A stretch of DNA of 64,000 bases. Origin: an uncultured delta proteobacterium (GTDB lineage Bacteria; Desulfobacterota; Syntrophobacteria; Syntrophobacterales; Syntrophobacteraceae). Positions 10,237-18,609 of the stretch are shown piece by piece; positions within the stretch are counted from its first letter, which is position 1, and every line of letters starts with the position of its first letter. The notes below the pieces were generated by a model, which saw nothing but the letters and a program-made list of their open reading frames with translations, did no database searches and was not told where the DNA came from. Location: assembly GCA_963808625.1 (NCBI GenBank), contig CAWEHK010000022.1, positions 38,097-102,096 on the forward strand, read 5' to 3'. The translations under genes and the position numbers were made by a program.

Positions 10237-10327
10237 AATCGGCGGTTAGGGCTGAAGGAAGGCCGCGTGATATATTGTTCGTTTTGTTGCTGGTGATTTG
10301 TTTCTACATCAAAAAGGAGGTTGTTTC

Positions 10328-10702
10328 ATGTCAAAGAAGATTGGGTTGTTGACAACGCTGTTCGTGATGGGTTTAACGACTGCCGCTCTCGCTGCGGATC
10401 CGGCTGGCTCCATTGAAAAGGCGCAGGGCCTTAGCTTCTTCGTCTATTCCGCAATTGCTGCCGGTCTGGCGATTGCCATCGCCGCCCATGGCTGCGGTAT
10501 CGGCCAGGGTATGGCTGTCAGAGGCGCGGTCGAAGGTATTGCCCGCAACCCGGATAGTTCAGGCAAAGTGACCGTGACCATGCTGATCGGTCTGGCGATG
10601 ATCGAATCACTCGCCATTTACGCCCTCGTTATCGCTCTGATCCTCATCTATGCTAACCCGGTGAGCAAGGCGATTCAGGGGTTTGTAGGTCTGGCCGGTT
10701 AG
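10328..10702 (+). CDS. atpE: F0F1 ATP synthase subunit c with N-terminal extension
   Basis: GCGIGQG...IARNP...[22 protein letters not shown]. Confidence 0.95.
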   Translation: MSKKIGLLTTLFVMGLTTAALAADPAGSIEKAQGLSFFVYSAIAAGLAIAIAAHGCGIGQGMAVRGAVEGIARNPDSSGKVTVTMLIGLAMIESLAIYALVIALILIYANPVSKAIQGFVGLAG

Positions 10703-10732
10703 TTAGAGGTATTTGCTGGAATTCTATTTCGA

Positions 10733-10825
10733 CAAGACAGCACAGGGGCAGGGGCGTGGAACACATCGTGGCTTCCCGCCCCTGTGCTGGCTTGAACATG
10801 CCGTCTCCCTGACAGGCTTTTTTTT
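10733..10825 (+). terminator. Hairpin plus terminator after atpE
   Basis: caag-a-cagcacaggggc...gcccctgtgctg-g-cttg stem, then gccgtc-tccct-gacaggc followed by T8. Confidence 0.6.
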
Positions 10826-10832
10826 GGCGAAT

Positions 10833-10854
10833 TTATGTGAATAGTATCACATAA
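10833..10854. promoter_or_regulatory. Putative Rex operator upstream of rex (autoregulation)
   Basis: Palindrome TTATGTGA-ATAGTA-TCACATAA; core ATGTGAATAGTATCACAT has Rex box spacing. Confidence 0.7.
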
Positions 10855-10927
10855 TTAGCCTGCTCTTCCCTGAGCGCTGCGTTTGGGGCGGTAATCTGAA
10901 TTGAGTAGTACGAGTTGAGGTCTGAGG

Positions 10928-11560
10928 ATGAAATTCGCCAAGATCCCGATGGCTACCATCAGCCGGCTGTCGATTTACTCGCGCACTCTCCAGGAACTGA
11001 TGGAAGAGGAAGTGGACGTAATCTCTTCGGAGCGCCTGGCCAAGCAGTGTGCCGTAAATCCTGCTCAGATCCGCAAAGACTTAGCTTACTTTGGTGAGTT
11101 CGGAGTAAGGGGAGTAGGTTACCGGGTTGGGGACCTGCTCAACCAGATCAAGGAGATTCTTGGCCTTAACCGTCCCTGGAACTTAGGTATGGTGGGGGTT
11201 GGGAACCTGGGATCGGCCTTGATCAGACATGCCAACTTCATCAGACATGGCTATGTCTTCACGGCTGCCTTCGATGTCGATCCCCAAAAGGTGGGCCGGC
11301 GGCTGCCCAACGGCATCGTTATCAGACATCTGGACGAGGTGGATGAAATGGTCAAAGAGCGCGATGTGCATGTGGGGGTCATTACCACGCCCTCGAGTGC
11401 CGCGCAGAGCGTTGCCAACCAACTGGTGCTGGCGGGGATCAACGGCATCCTCAACTTCGCTCCCATCCAGATCCAGGTCCCGAACTGCTGTCATGTCGAA
11501 AATGTTGACTTTACCGTAAAATTGGATTCCATTGCCTACCACCTCTCCTCCAGTGGATAG
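10928..11560 (+). CDS. rex: Redox-sensing transcriptional repressor Rex
   Basis: IPMATISRLSIY, QIRKDLAYFGEFGVRGVGY, VGVGNLGSAL, ILNFAP. Confidence 0.97.
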   Translation: MKFAKIPMATISRLSIYSRTLQELMEEEVDVISSERLAKQCAVNPAQIRKDLAYFGEFGVRGVGYRVGDLLNQIKEILGLNRPWNLGMVGVGNLGSALIRHANFIRHGYVFTAAFDVDPQKVGRRLPNGIVIRHLDEVDEMVKERDVHVGVITTPSSAAQSVANQLVLAGINGILNFAPIQIQVPNCCHVENVDFTVKLDSIAYHLSSSG

Positions 11561-11633
11561 TGCTGAGTGCTGAGTGCGGTGTGGGGATTTGCTCTTGAAC
11601 CTCACGCGCAATTGTTACCGGGCGATCGAAAAG

Positions 11634-11816
11634 ATGAATATCCGAATCTCGAACAAGGAATCTCGAATTATGAAGTCTTTTGTTTCTTTCGCTTGGCCAT
11701 AAAACATTCTACTCTTTGAAAGACCCGAACGAGAAAACCACTCGGCCGCTTCTCGAGATCAAAGTCCCTGCTTCCTTCGATATTCTGCGGTTCCTTGTTC
11801 GATATTCGATATTCAT
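11634..11816. repeat. MITE-like element with ~42 bp imperfect inverted arms made of GAATATC-like heptamers
   Basis: Left atgaatatccgaatctcgaacaaggaatctcgaattatgaag versus reverse complement of right arm atgaatatcgaatatcgaacaaggaaccgcagaatatcgaag. Confidence 0.75.
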
Positions 11817-11927
11817 TGGCTTTGTCCTTATGCCTTCAGGCTTTTGAGAAAGGGGTAAGGCCCAGAAAACCGTCTTAGCTTAATGCGTATGGGATGCTAC
11901 CCCGGTCCTCTCCCCGCCCCCAACACC

Positions 11928-11983
11928 GAACCGAGAACCGAGAGCCAAGAGCCAAGAGCCAAGAACCAAGAGCTAAGAGCAAA
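11928..11983. repeat. Degenerate heptamer tandem array (GA[G/A]CC[A/G]A) x8
   Basis: gaaccga gaaccga gagccaa gagccaa gagccaa gaaccaa gagctaa gagcaaa, just beyond the uvrA stop. Confidence 0.9.
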
Positions 11984-11986
11984 CCG

Positions 11987-14509
11987 CTACAGGCCGCGGG
12001 GATTGCAGAAACTCAGGACGCCTTTCAAATATCTGCCGGTGTGGGAATTCTCGACCTGCGCCACCTCTTCGGGAGTACCGGCCGCCACCAGGTAACCCCC
12101 CTCATCCCCGCCTTCGGGGCCCAGATCGACAACGTAGTCCGCAGTCTTGACGACGTCGGGGTGGTGTTCGATCATAATGACCGTATGCCCCTGGTCGACC
12201 AGTCGCTGGAGGACGTGAAGGAGGCGTTGAATATCGTCAAAATGCAGACCGGTGGTGGGTTCATCGAGAATGTACAGGGTGGCGGCCGGGCTTTTCCGGC
12301 CAAGCTCGACAGCGAGCTTTACCCGTTGCGCCTCACCACCGGAAAGGGTGGTCCCGGACTGTCCCAGTTGGAGGTAACCCAAACCGACTTCAAGGAGGAC
12401 TTCCAGCTTGCGCGAGATGAGCGGGATATTTCCAAAAAGTCCGGAGGCTTCGGCCACCGTCATGTGAAGCACGTCGGCGATGGAATGTCCCTTGAATTGG
12501 ACCTGCAGGGTTTCCCGGTTATAGCGACTGCCCTCGCAATCGGGGCAGGTGACGGAGACATCGGGCAGGAAAAACATTTCGATACTCTGAACGCCTTCCC
12601 CTTTGCACGCTTCACAGCGGCCTCCCTTGGCATTGAAGGAAAAGCGCTTTGCTCCGTAACCGCCCATTCTTGCTTCCGGCAACTGGGCAAAGAGCTCGCG
12701 AATGGCGGAAAAAACTCCGGAATAGGTGGCAGGAGTAGAGCGAGGGGTTCGCCCCAGGGGCGACTGATCGACCAGGATCACTTTATGAAAAGCATCGGGA
12801 TGATCGAGGCGATCAAACGCGGCCGGAGGAACCCTGCTCCGGTAAAGGTGCCGGGCCAGAGCACGATACAACGTGTGCATGACGAGAGTGGTCTTGCCCG
12901 AACCGGACACGCCGGTAACACAGGTTATGCATGCGAGAGGAAAGTGCACGTCAATCCCTTTGAGGTTATGACCGGTCGCCCCGGCCAGAGTCAAGGTCCC
13001 CTGTGAAAAGGGTTTGCGTCGTCTCGGGAGAGGAATGGTTTTGCGCCCGGAAAGGTAAGCACCGGTCAATGAGGTGGGATGATGAAGCAGCGCTTCGGGT
13101 GAGCCCGAAAAAATTACTTCGCCACCCTGCGTTCCGGCCCCAGGGCCCATGTCGACGACAAAATCCGCCTGCAGAATCGTCTCTGCGGTCATGTTCGACG
13201 ACGATCAGGGTGTTGCCTTTATCGCGAAGGCGCCGGAGGATTTCGAGGAGGCGCTGATGGTCTCGCGGATGAAGACCGATGCTGGGTTCATCCAACACAT
13301 AAAGGATGCCCGCCAGGGGCGCACTGATCTGCTGCGCCAGTCGCAACCGCTGCATTTCGCCCCCTGAGAGCGTAGGGGCTGACCGTTCTAACGTCAGGTA
13401 AGCAAGACCAAGCTCCTCCAGGCTCTTCAAGCGATGGAGGATTTCGGCGACCGGCTGCGCGGCGATCTGGCTTTGGGATTCCGGTAATCGCAACTGCCGG
13501 AGCCATTGTTGCAGCGCCGGGATGGGGAGCCGGCAGAGCATCCTGGATCGTCAGATCAACCACAACGCATTAGCGCCCGAACGAGCCACTTCATTGAAGG
13601 GCGGCGACGGCTTCCGTCTTCACAATCGAGGACAAACGTTTCCCGCACCCGTAGCCTTGCGTTCCCAAACCTTTGCACGTCGGGCACGCTCCCAGTGGAT
13701 GGTTAAAGGAAAAGAGGCTGGGTGAAGGTTCGGGCATTTGTCGTCCACAAGACAGGCAACCGAAGGATTCAGTAAAGAGCTTCTCGTCACCGTCTATCGC
13801 GGACACCCCCACCAGGCCGTGACCAACCTTGGCGGCCAGCTCGATGGCGTCGTTCAGGCGTTTGGTCTTGTCCGGGCTAAGAATGAGGCGGTCCACCACG
13901 ACCTCCAATTTGTAGCCGGCTCTGCGGGGGATAAGCGGAGGAGGATCGAGGTCATAAATCTTGCCTTCCAGGCGGATGCGGGCAAAACCATCCCGTCGGA
14001 ATTGTCCCATCATCTTCGGCAAGTCTCTCTCGCCGATAACCCCAAGGGGGCCAAGGATCAGCAGCCGACTTCCCAGCCGGCCAAGAATCGAGAATCTCCT
14101 GGACCATTTGAGGAATGGTATATGCCCGAACCGGTGATCCGCAGGTGGGGCAATGAAATGTTCCCAGCCGGGTATACAGCACGCGCAGGAAATCATGAAT
14201 CTCGGTCATCGTGCCCACGGTCGAACGGGGATTGCGCGTCAGGTTGCTCTGCCCGACGGCAATTGCCGGGCTCAATCCCTCAACGCTATCCACTTTGGGA
14301 GCATCCAAACGCTGCAAAAATTGCCGGGCGCGCGTCGACAACGCTTCGAGGTAGCGTCTTTCGCCCTCGGCAAAGATCGTATCAAAAGCCAGCGTCGACT
14401 TCCCGGAACCACTGACCCCGGTGATCACGATGAAGCGGTTGCGGGGCAGGGTGACGTTTATATTTTTGAGATTATGCTGTCGTGCGCCACGAATGACAAT
14501 GTTGTCCAT
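11987..14509 (-). CDS. uvrA: Excinuclease ABC subunit A, short form (~840 codons), split by several apparent indels
   Basis: [62 protein letters not shown], second [13 protein letters not shown]...[25 protein letters not shown] across four ORF pieces. Confidence 0.9.
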
Positions 14510-14560
14510 GAAAGTATCATTGTTGAGGCGGAGGACCTTGCCTTTCTGTAAACTTCGGAA

Positions 14561-14815
14561 TTAACCGCAGAGCACGCTGAGATCGCAGAGAAATCTGAGA
14601 GCGTGTGAAAAAACAGAAAGTTAGCGTCCTTGTCCTGAATTTCCGAATGAGCCCTCACATCGTCATTCCCGCATGCTTTTAGCGGGAATCCAGTTTCTTA
14701 AAGGCCCGGACACCCGCCAAAAAGATGCGGGGGTGACGCTAAGAAGGACTCTTTGGACACGCTCGATGGTTTCAGAGAGAAATCTCTCTGTGCACTCTGC
14801 GCTCTCCGCGGTGAA
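14561..14815. repeat. Nested palindromic cassette with outer 34 bp inverted arms of 9-mer periodicity
   Basis: ttaaccgcagagcacgctgagatcgcagagaaat versus reverse complement of 14782-14815 ttcaccgcggagagcgcagagtgcacagagagat (25/34 by eye); inner GAGCGTGT/ACACGCTC pair at 14599 and 14757. Confidence 0.75.
14661..14738. repeat. CGTC-family REP doublet
   Basis: cgtcattcccgc-atgctttta-gcgggaatcc ... ggacacccgc-caaaaagat-gcgggggtgacg. Confidence 0.8.
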
Positions 14816-14846
14816 CAAAACATTTCATTGAATACCCTACGAGGAA

Positions 14847-15912
14847 TTACTGGTTGACTTGGCCTTGATGCTCGCCGCCGCCGGTTTCGCACCATCCCGC
14901 CGCCAGGTAAAGAGCGGCGGTGAGGCTTCCCGGATGCGCTTTACCGGTTCCGGCAAGGTCGTAGGCGGTGCCGTGATCAACCGAGGTGCGGATGATGGGC
15001 AGCCCCAGACTGACGTTGACAGCGTCATGAAAATGGACGAGCTTGATCGGAATCAATCCCTGGTCATGATACATCGCAATCACCGCCTCGAATTCCCCTT
15101 CATAAGCCCGACGGAAAAGCGTGTCGGGAGAAAGAGGACCGGTAACCTGGTAAGGGCTTTCCCTGAAATTGCCGGATCGCAGGTTGGATCAGCTCGCACT
15201 TCTTCGCTCCCGAACCGGCCCTGCTCTCCGGCATGGGGGTTGAGTCCGGCAACGCCAAGGCGAACGGATTCAAGACCAAAGTCGCGACCGAGGGCTTCAG
15301 CCGTTATGGCGATCGTGCGGCAAATCAATTCTGCGTTCAAGGATCCGGGGAACTTCCGCGAGCGCTTGATGGATGGTGACCAGGGATACTCGCAACCTCG
15401 GTCCGGCAAGCATCATCACCACTTCCCCGCGTGGGTGAGTTGCTGGAGGAATTCGGTATGCCCGGGGAAAGAAAAGCCATGTTCCTGTAAGTTTGCCTTA
15501 TGAATGGGGCAGGTGGCAGATCGCATCAACCCGACCGGCAAGCGCCAGGCGAGCGGCCTCTTCGATATATTGGATCACGGCCCGGCAAGCCGCTGGCGAT
15601 GGCTGCCCGTAGGGGATGTCCGCGATGGCGAGGGACCCGGGATTGATCACACAGATGGTTCCCGCCTTCGTCAGCCCCTGTGTCACCCCATCCAATTCTT
15701 CCGGATCGTCGAGCGGACGGATGGCTCAAGTCCGCTCCAAGCAAAGCAACAGCACGCTCCAAAGCTTTCGCCTCGCCGATCACCACCGGCCGGCAGCAAG
15801 CCCGGAGATCAGGCGATGAAAGGGCCTTGACAATGATCTCCGGCCCCACCCCACAGGGGTCTCCCATGGTGATCGCTATGCGCGGTTTTGCAGTTTGGTG
15901 TGAAGTCAGCAC
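14847..15912 (-). CDS. pdxA: 4-hydroxythreonine-4-phosphate dehydrogenase, split by several apparent indels
   Basis: [22 protein letters not shown] (other frame), [41 protein letters not shown]. Confidence 0.9.
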
Positions 15913-16047
15913 GGTCGTTGTTCCTCAGACTCTTCTATGCTTTTCTCGATGCAGTGTTCAGGCATTGTTATCAAGGCACCCGAGCTATTCTGGCCTGCTC
16001 TTGTCCTGCAAGCGCTTCTCAAGATTCTACACTATCTCCGATCAACT

Positions 16048-16071
16048 GGAGGGCGGGTCTCCAGACCCGCC
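16048..16071 (+). repeat. GTAG/GGAG-type REP-like palindrome
   Basis: GGAG head followed by perfect hairpin ggcgggtct-cc-agacccgcc. Confidence 0.6.
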
Positions 16072-16073
16072 GC

Positions 16074-16502
16074 TTATGGCTCTGTGGCCAGGTACGCGTT
16101 CCGCAGGGAATCACTCATTTTATTGAGGTCGCTGTCGAAAGAGAAAAGCGACGTATTCGAACCTGCGCCTTTCACGCAGAGGATGCAATCGACAATATCC
16201 AGGTTCCGTTCGGTTAAGAGGGTAAGGGCGCGGATAAGTTCTTTCTGATCAGGGTTGGCAATGCCCTTGTAGTGGAGGACGTCGATCAGGCTCTCGGCCG
16301 CCCTGTTCTTCGGCACCTTGTATATCTTGGTGAGGACGTAAATGCATTCGGCAATCACGCTTTCGAGAATAATGGCCCTCTTGCTTCCTTCCTTGACCTG
16401 ATCAAAGAACTCCTTCGCTCTCGCATAAAGGGGTTCATTATCTCTTGTGAGATACCGGATGAGGATGTTGGTGTCAGGCAGACTTCTTCGCGGTTTTCTC
16501 AT
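16074..16502 (-). CDS. PIN-domain toxin (VapC-like)
   Basis: DTNILIRYL, VIAECIYVL, DIVDCI, FSFDSDL acidic PIN residues; overlaps antitoxin. Confidence 0.9.
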   Translation of the reverse strand: MRKPRRSLPDTNILIRYLTRDNEPLYARAKEFFDQVKEGSKRAIILESVIAECIYVLTKIYKVPKNRAAESLIDVLHYKGIANPDQKELIRALTLLTERNLDIVDCILCVKGAGSNTSLFSFDSDLNKMSDSLRNAYLATEP

Positions 16503-16728
16503 ACGCCGCCTCTTCCCATGCCCTGTCTTTCATCTGCTTTAGGGAAATATCGGATTTTACATTGCCGGCGTATTCGCTGAGAGAGCCGGCGGCGTCCCTT
16601 ACCGCTCGAACTACTACTTCATCATTGACTATCTCAAAGTAGACGGCGGTTGCCTTCAGTCTCTCGCGAATCCTCTTGGGGATAGTGACTTGCCCCTTCC
16701 GGGTAATCTTCACTGCCTCTGTCGCCAT
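16474..16728 (-). CDS. AbrB/MazE/SpoVT-family antitoxin (VapB-like)
   Basis: KITRKGQVTIPKRIRERL swapped-hairpin motif; directly upstream of the PIN gene. Confidence 0.9.
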   Translation of the reverse strand: MATEAVKITRKGQVTIPKRIRERLKATAVYFEIVNDEVVVRAVRDAAGSLSEYAGNVKSDISLKQMKDRAWEEAAYEKTAKKSA

Positions 16729-16755
16729 AACCTCTCACCTGACTTTTTCATAATA

Positions 16756-16800
16756 GTATTACATCATAGAATAGTAATACCTTCCAAGATAGGCTGTCAA
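16756..16800 (-). promoter_or_regulatory. TA operon promoter with overlapping palindromic operator
   Basis: Minus strand TTGACA-18 bp-TACTAT; inverted repeat GTATTAC-N11-GTAATAC (16756-16780) overlaps the -10. Confidence 0.65.
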
Positions 16801-17215
16801 CACCTTTGGCGTTGATCCAGGATTTGAATCTTGACACCCAAACGGAGATGTGGGCCGTTGCCGGGCAATGGCCTATCGAGAGTGGGCCGTGCCTGGTAGG
16901 CATCAATCTGAATATTGTTCGGAGGGGATCAATTCACTTACGCGACGCTTCACACCGCCATGGGCCGTCTCGCAATCACGGGAACGAAAGGTTCTAGGTG
17001 CGATTCTGGCAGCTTCCTGGTAGATCCAAGCTGCAAGGGAAACCAGCAGGCTTCTCCGTTTGTCGGGCTGGCCGTAACCTACAACGAGTTTGGCGGTATG
17101 AAGGGAGCCGGCGCCATCACGCCAACGGGAACCGGCGCTAAGACCGGCTTCGTCAAATGGACCCCGGGAAACGCAGGACCCTCAGCCGAATAGTGGCTCT
17201 GCTCTGAAAAGCTCT

Positions 17216-17246
17216 GGTGGGTTCCGCCTTGCTATACCCACCCTAC
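17216..17246 (-). repeat. GTAG-type REP-like palindrome
   Basis: Minus strand GTAG-ggtgggt-atagcaaggcgga-acccacc. Confidence 0.65.
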
Positions 17247-17474
17247 GGTTTTTTCGTGTATCTTCGGGTGTCCTAAAGGGACATGAGCAACTGCTTCGAC
17301 AAGTTCCGCATTGCGAGTTGCTGGTTACGGTTTCCTCCCGGGCCTTTTCGTGGTTAAGAGCGTCCCGAAGGGACCTGATCAACTGCTCTGGCATTTCGCT
17401 ACATTTGTCCTCTTGCGCTCAATAACAATCAGGTCGGTGAGTAATCAGCATAAGGAATATTGGTCGTGAGATGG

Positions 17475-17738
17475 TTAATAATTCCGACAAAGCCCAGTTT
17501 CCACATGAAGCGGCATAAAAGCAGTGTTCTGGAGAGATCTGGCGGCAAACAGAAGGCATCCGAGGATGTCTTCCTGGGCCAGCGTCTCATATTCTTTGAG
17601 AATCTCCTCGAATGCTGCACCGTGGGCAAGTAAACTAACGATGTATTCCACCGCCAGACGGGTACCTCTGATGACAGGCTTTCCCACCATGACTTTGGGA
17701 TTGATCGTAATACGTTCCAACAAATCGTGTTCCTTCAT
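17475..17738 (-). CDS. DUF433-domain protein (antitoxin-like)
   Basis: ERITINPKVMVGKPVIRGTRLAVEYIVSLLAHG...EEILKEY..L..EDI..CL.FA. Confidence 0.9.
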   Translation of the reverse strand: MKEHDLLERITINPKVMVGKPVIRGTRLAVEYIVSLLAHGAAFEEILKEYETLAQEDILGCLLFAARSLQNTAFMPLHVETGLCRNY

Positions 17739-17838
17739 AGCGTATGACCTCAAGCTGCTGGTTCCGGATACCACCAGCATTCTATCCAAAGTATTGAACA
17801 ATTTGACCCGTCTTAGCCGTTGTCCTCGTTTCCCTCCC

Positions 17839-18588
17839 CTACTTATCCGATTTTGAGGGGAGCTTATGCTTGAGCTTCTCGATGTCAGCAGAGGGCAGCG
17901 GGCGGCCTTCGGTGTCGACGATGTCAACGGACGGTGGGATGTCCAATTCGAAAAGCTTGGGATCGAGGCTTGCCATCGTCCTCTGGGAGTCAAGGCTAAT
18001 GCGGTTGGTGTTTCCCAGAGCATTGAGGATCTGGATGCTCGAGATACGGTAGGTCTGCAAATCGATTGCCAGGTATAAGGTCTTGATTTCGGGGTCTTCT
18101 TTCCGGGGCATGAGCTTCAAGACGGCAGTATCCTTGCTCGATTGGCTATGATCCAGGGTCACTTCGTAGTGCTTTTTGAGCTCGCCAACGCCCTGAAAAA
18201 ACGTCTGAGCCAGAGGGTGGGAAAAGATCTTCCGCGGATCGGTAAGGGAAATCTGCTTTTCCGAGGGTACATAAAGCCAGGCCAGTTGCTGGTTGGCAAC
18301 AAACACTTGAGGCTCGGGTTCTTCATACTCCCAGCGCATTTGTGCGGGCTTCTCGTAATACAGTCTTCCGGAAGCTTCCGTAGCCTTGCTGCCAGTCGCA
18401 GCGGAGGAGACCGATTGATGAAAATTGGCAGAGAACGCTCGCGTCTGCTGGTAAGTCGTTCCCGTTTTCTTGAGGATTTCGCCGACGGCGGGAGGCGACT
18501 CAGCATGGGTAACTCGAAGCTGAGGCTGAAAGATCAGGAAAGAACCGACTACAAGTAATACGATCAGGCAAGGACTAATATTCTTCAT
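17839..18588 (-). CDS. lolA: Outer-membrane lipoprotein carrier LolA
   Basis: Signal peptide, FSANFHQ, GRLYYEKPAQMRWEY..PEPQ, GNTNRI; downstream of ftsK. Confidence 0.85.
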   Translation of the reverse strand: MKNISPCLIVLLVVGSFLIFQPQLRVTHAESPPAVGEILKKTGTTYQQTRAFSANFHQSVSSAATGSKATEASGRLYYEKPAQMRWEYEEPEPQVFVANQQLAWLYVPSEKQISLTDPRKIFSHPLAQTFFQGVGELKKHYEVTLDHSQSSKDTAVLKLMPRKEDPEIKTLYLAIDLQTYRISSIQILNALGNTNRISLDSQRTMASLDPKLFELDIPPSVDIVDTEGRPLPSADIEKLKHKLPSKSDK

Positions 18589-18609
18589 TACCTATCCACC
18601 AACTCTTGA

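Noticed and set aside
8869..10702. Missing F1 and b subunits as an incomplete ATP synthase
   Set aside because: Split F0 and F1 operons are normal in deltaproteobacterial lineages
17182..17394. 70 aa Cys-containing ORF as the DUF433 partner toxin
   Set aside because: No PIN-like motif, and it runs through the REP hairpin; probably spurious
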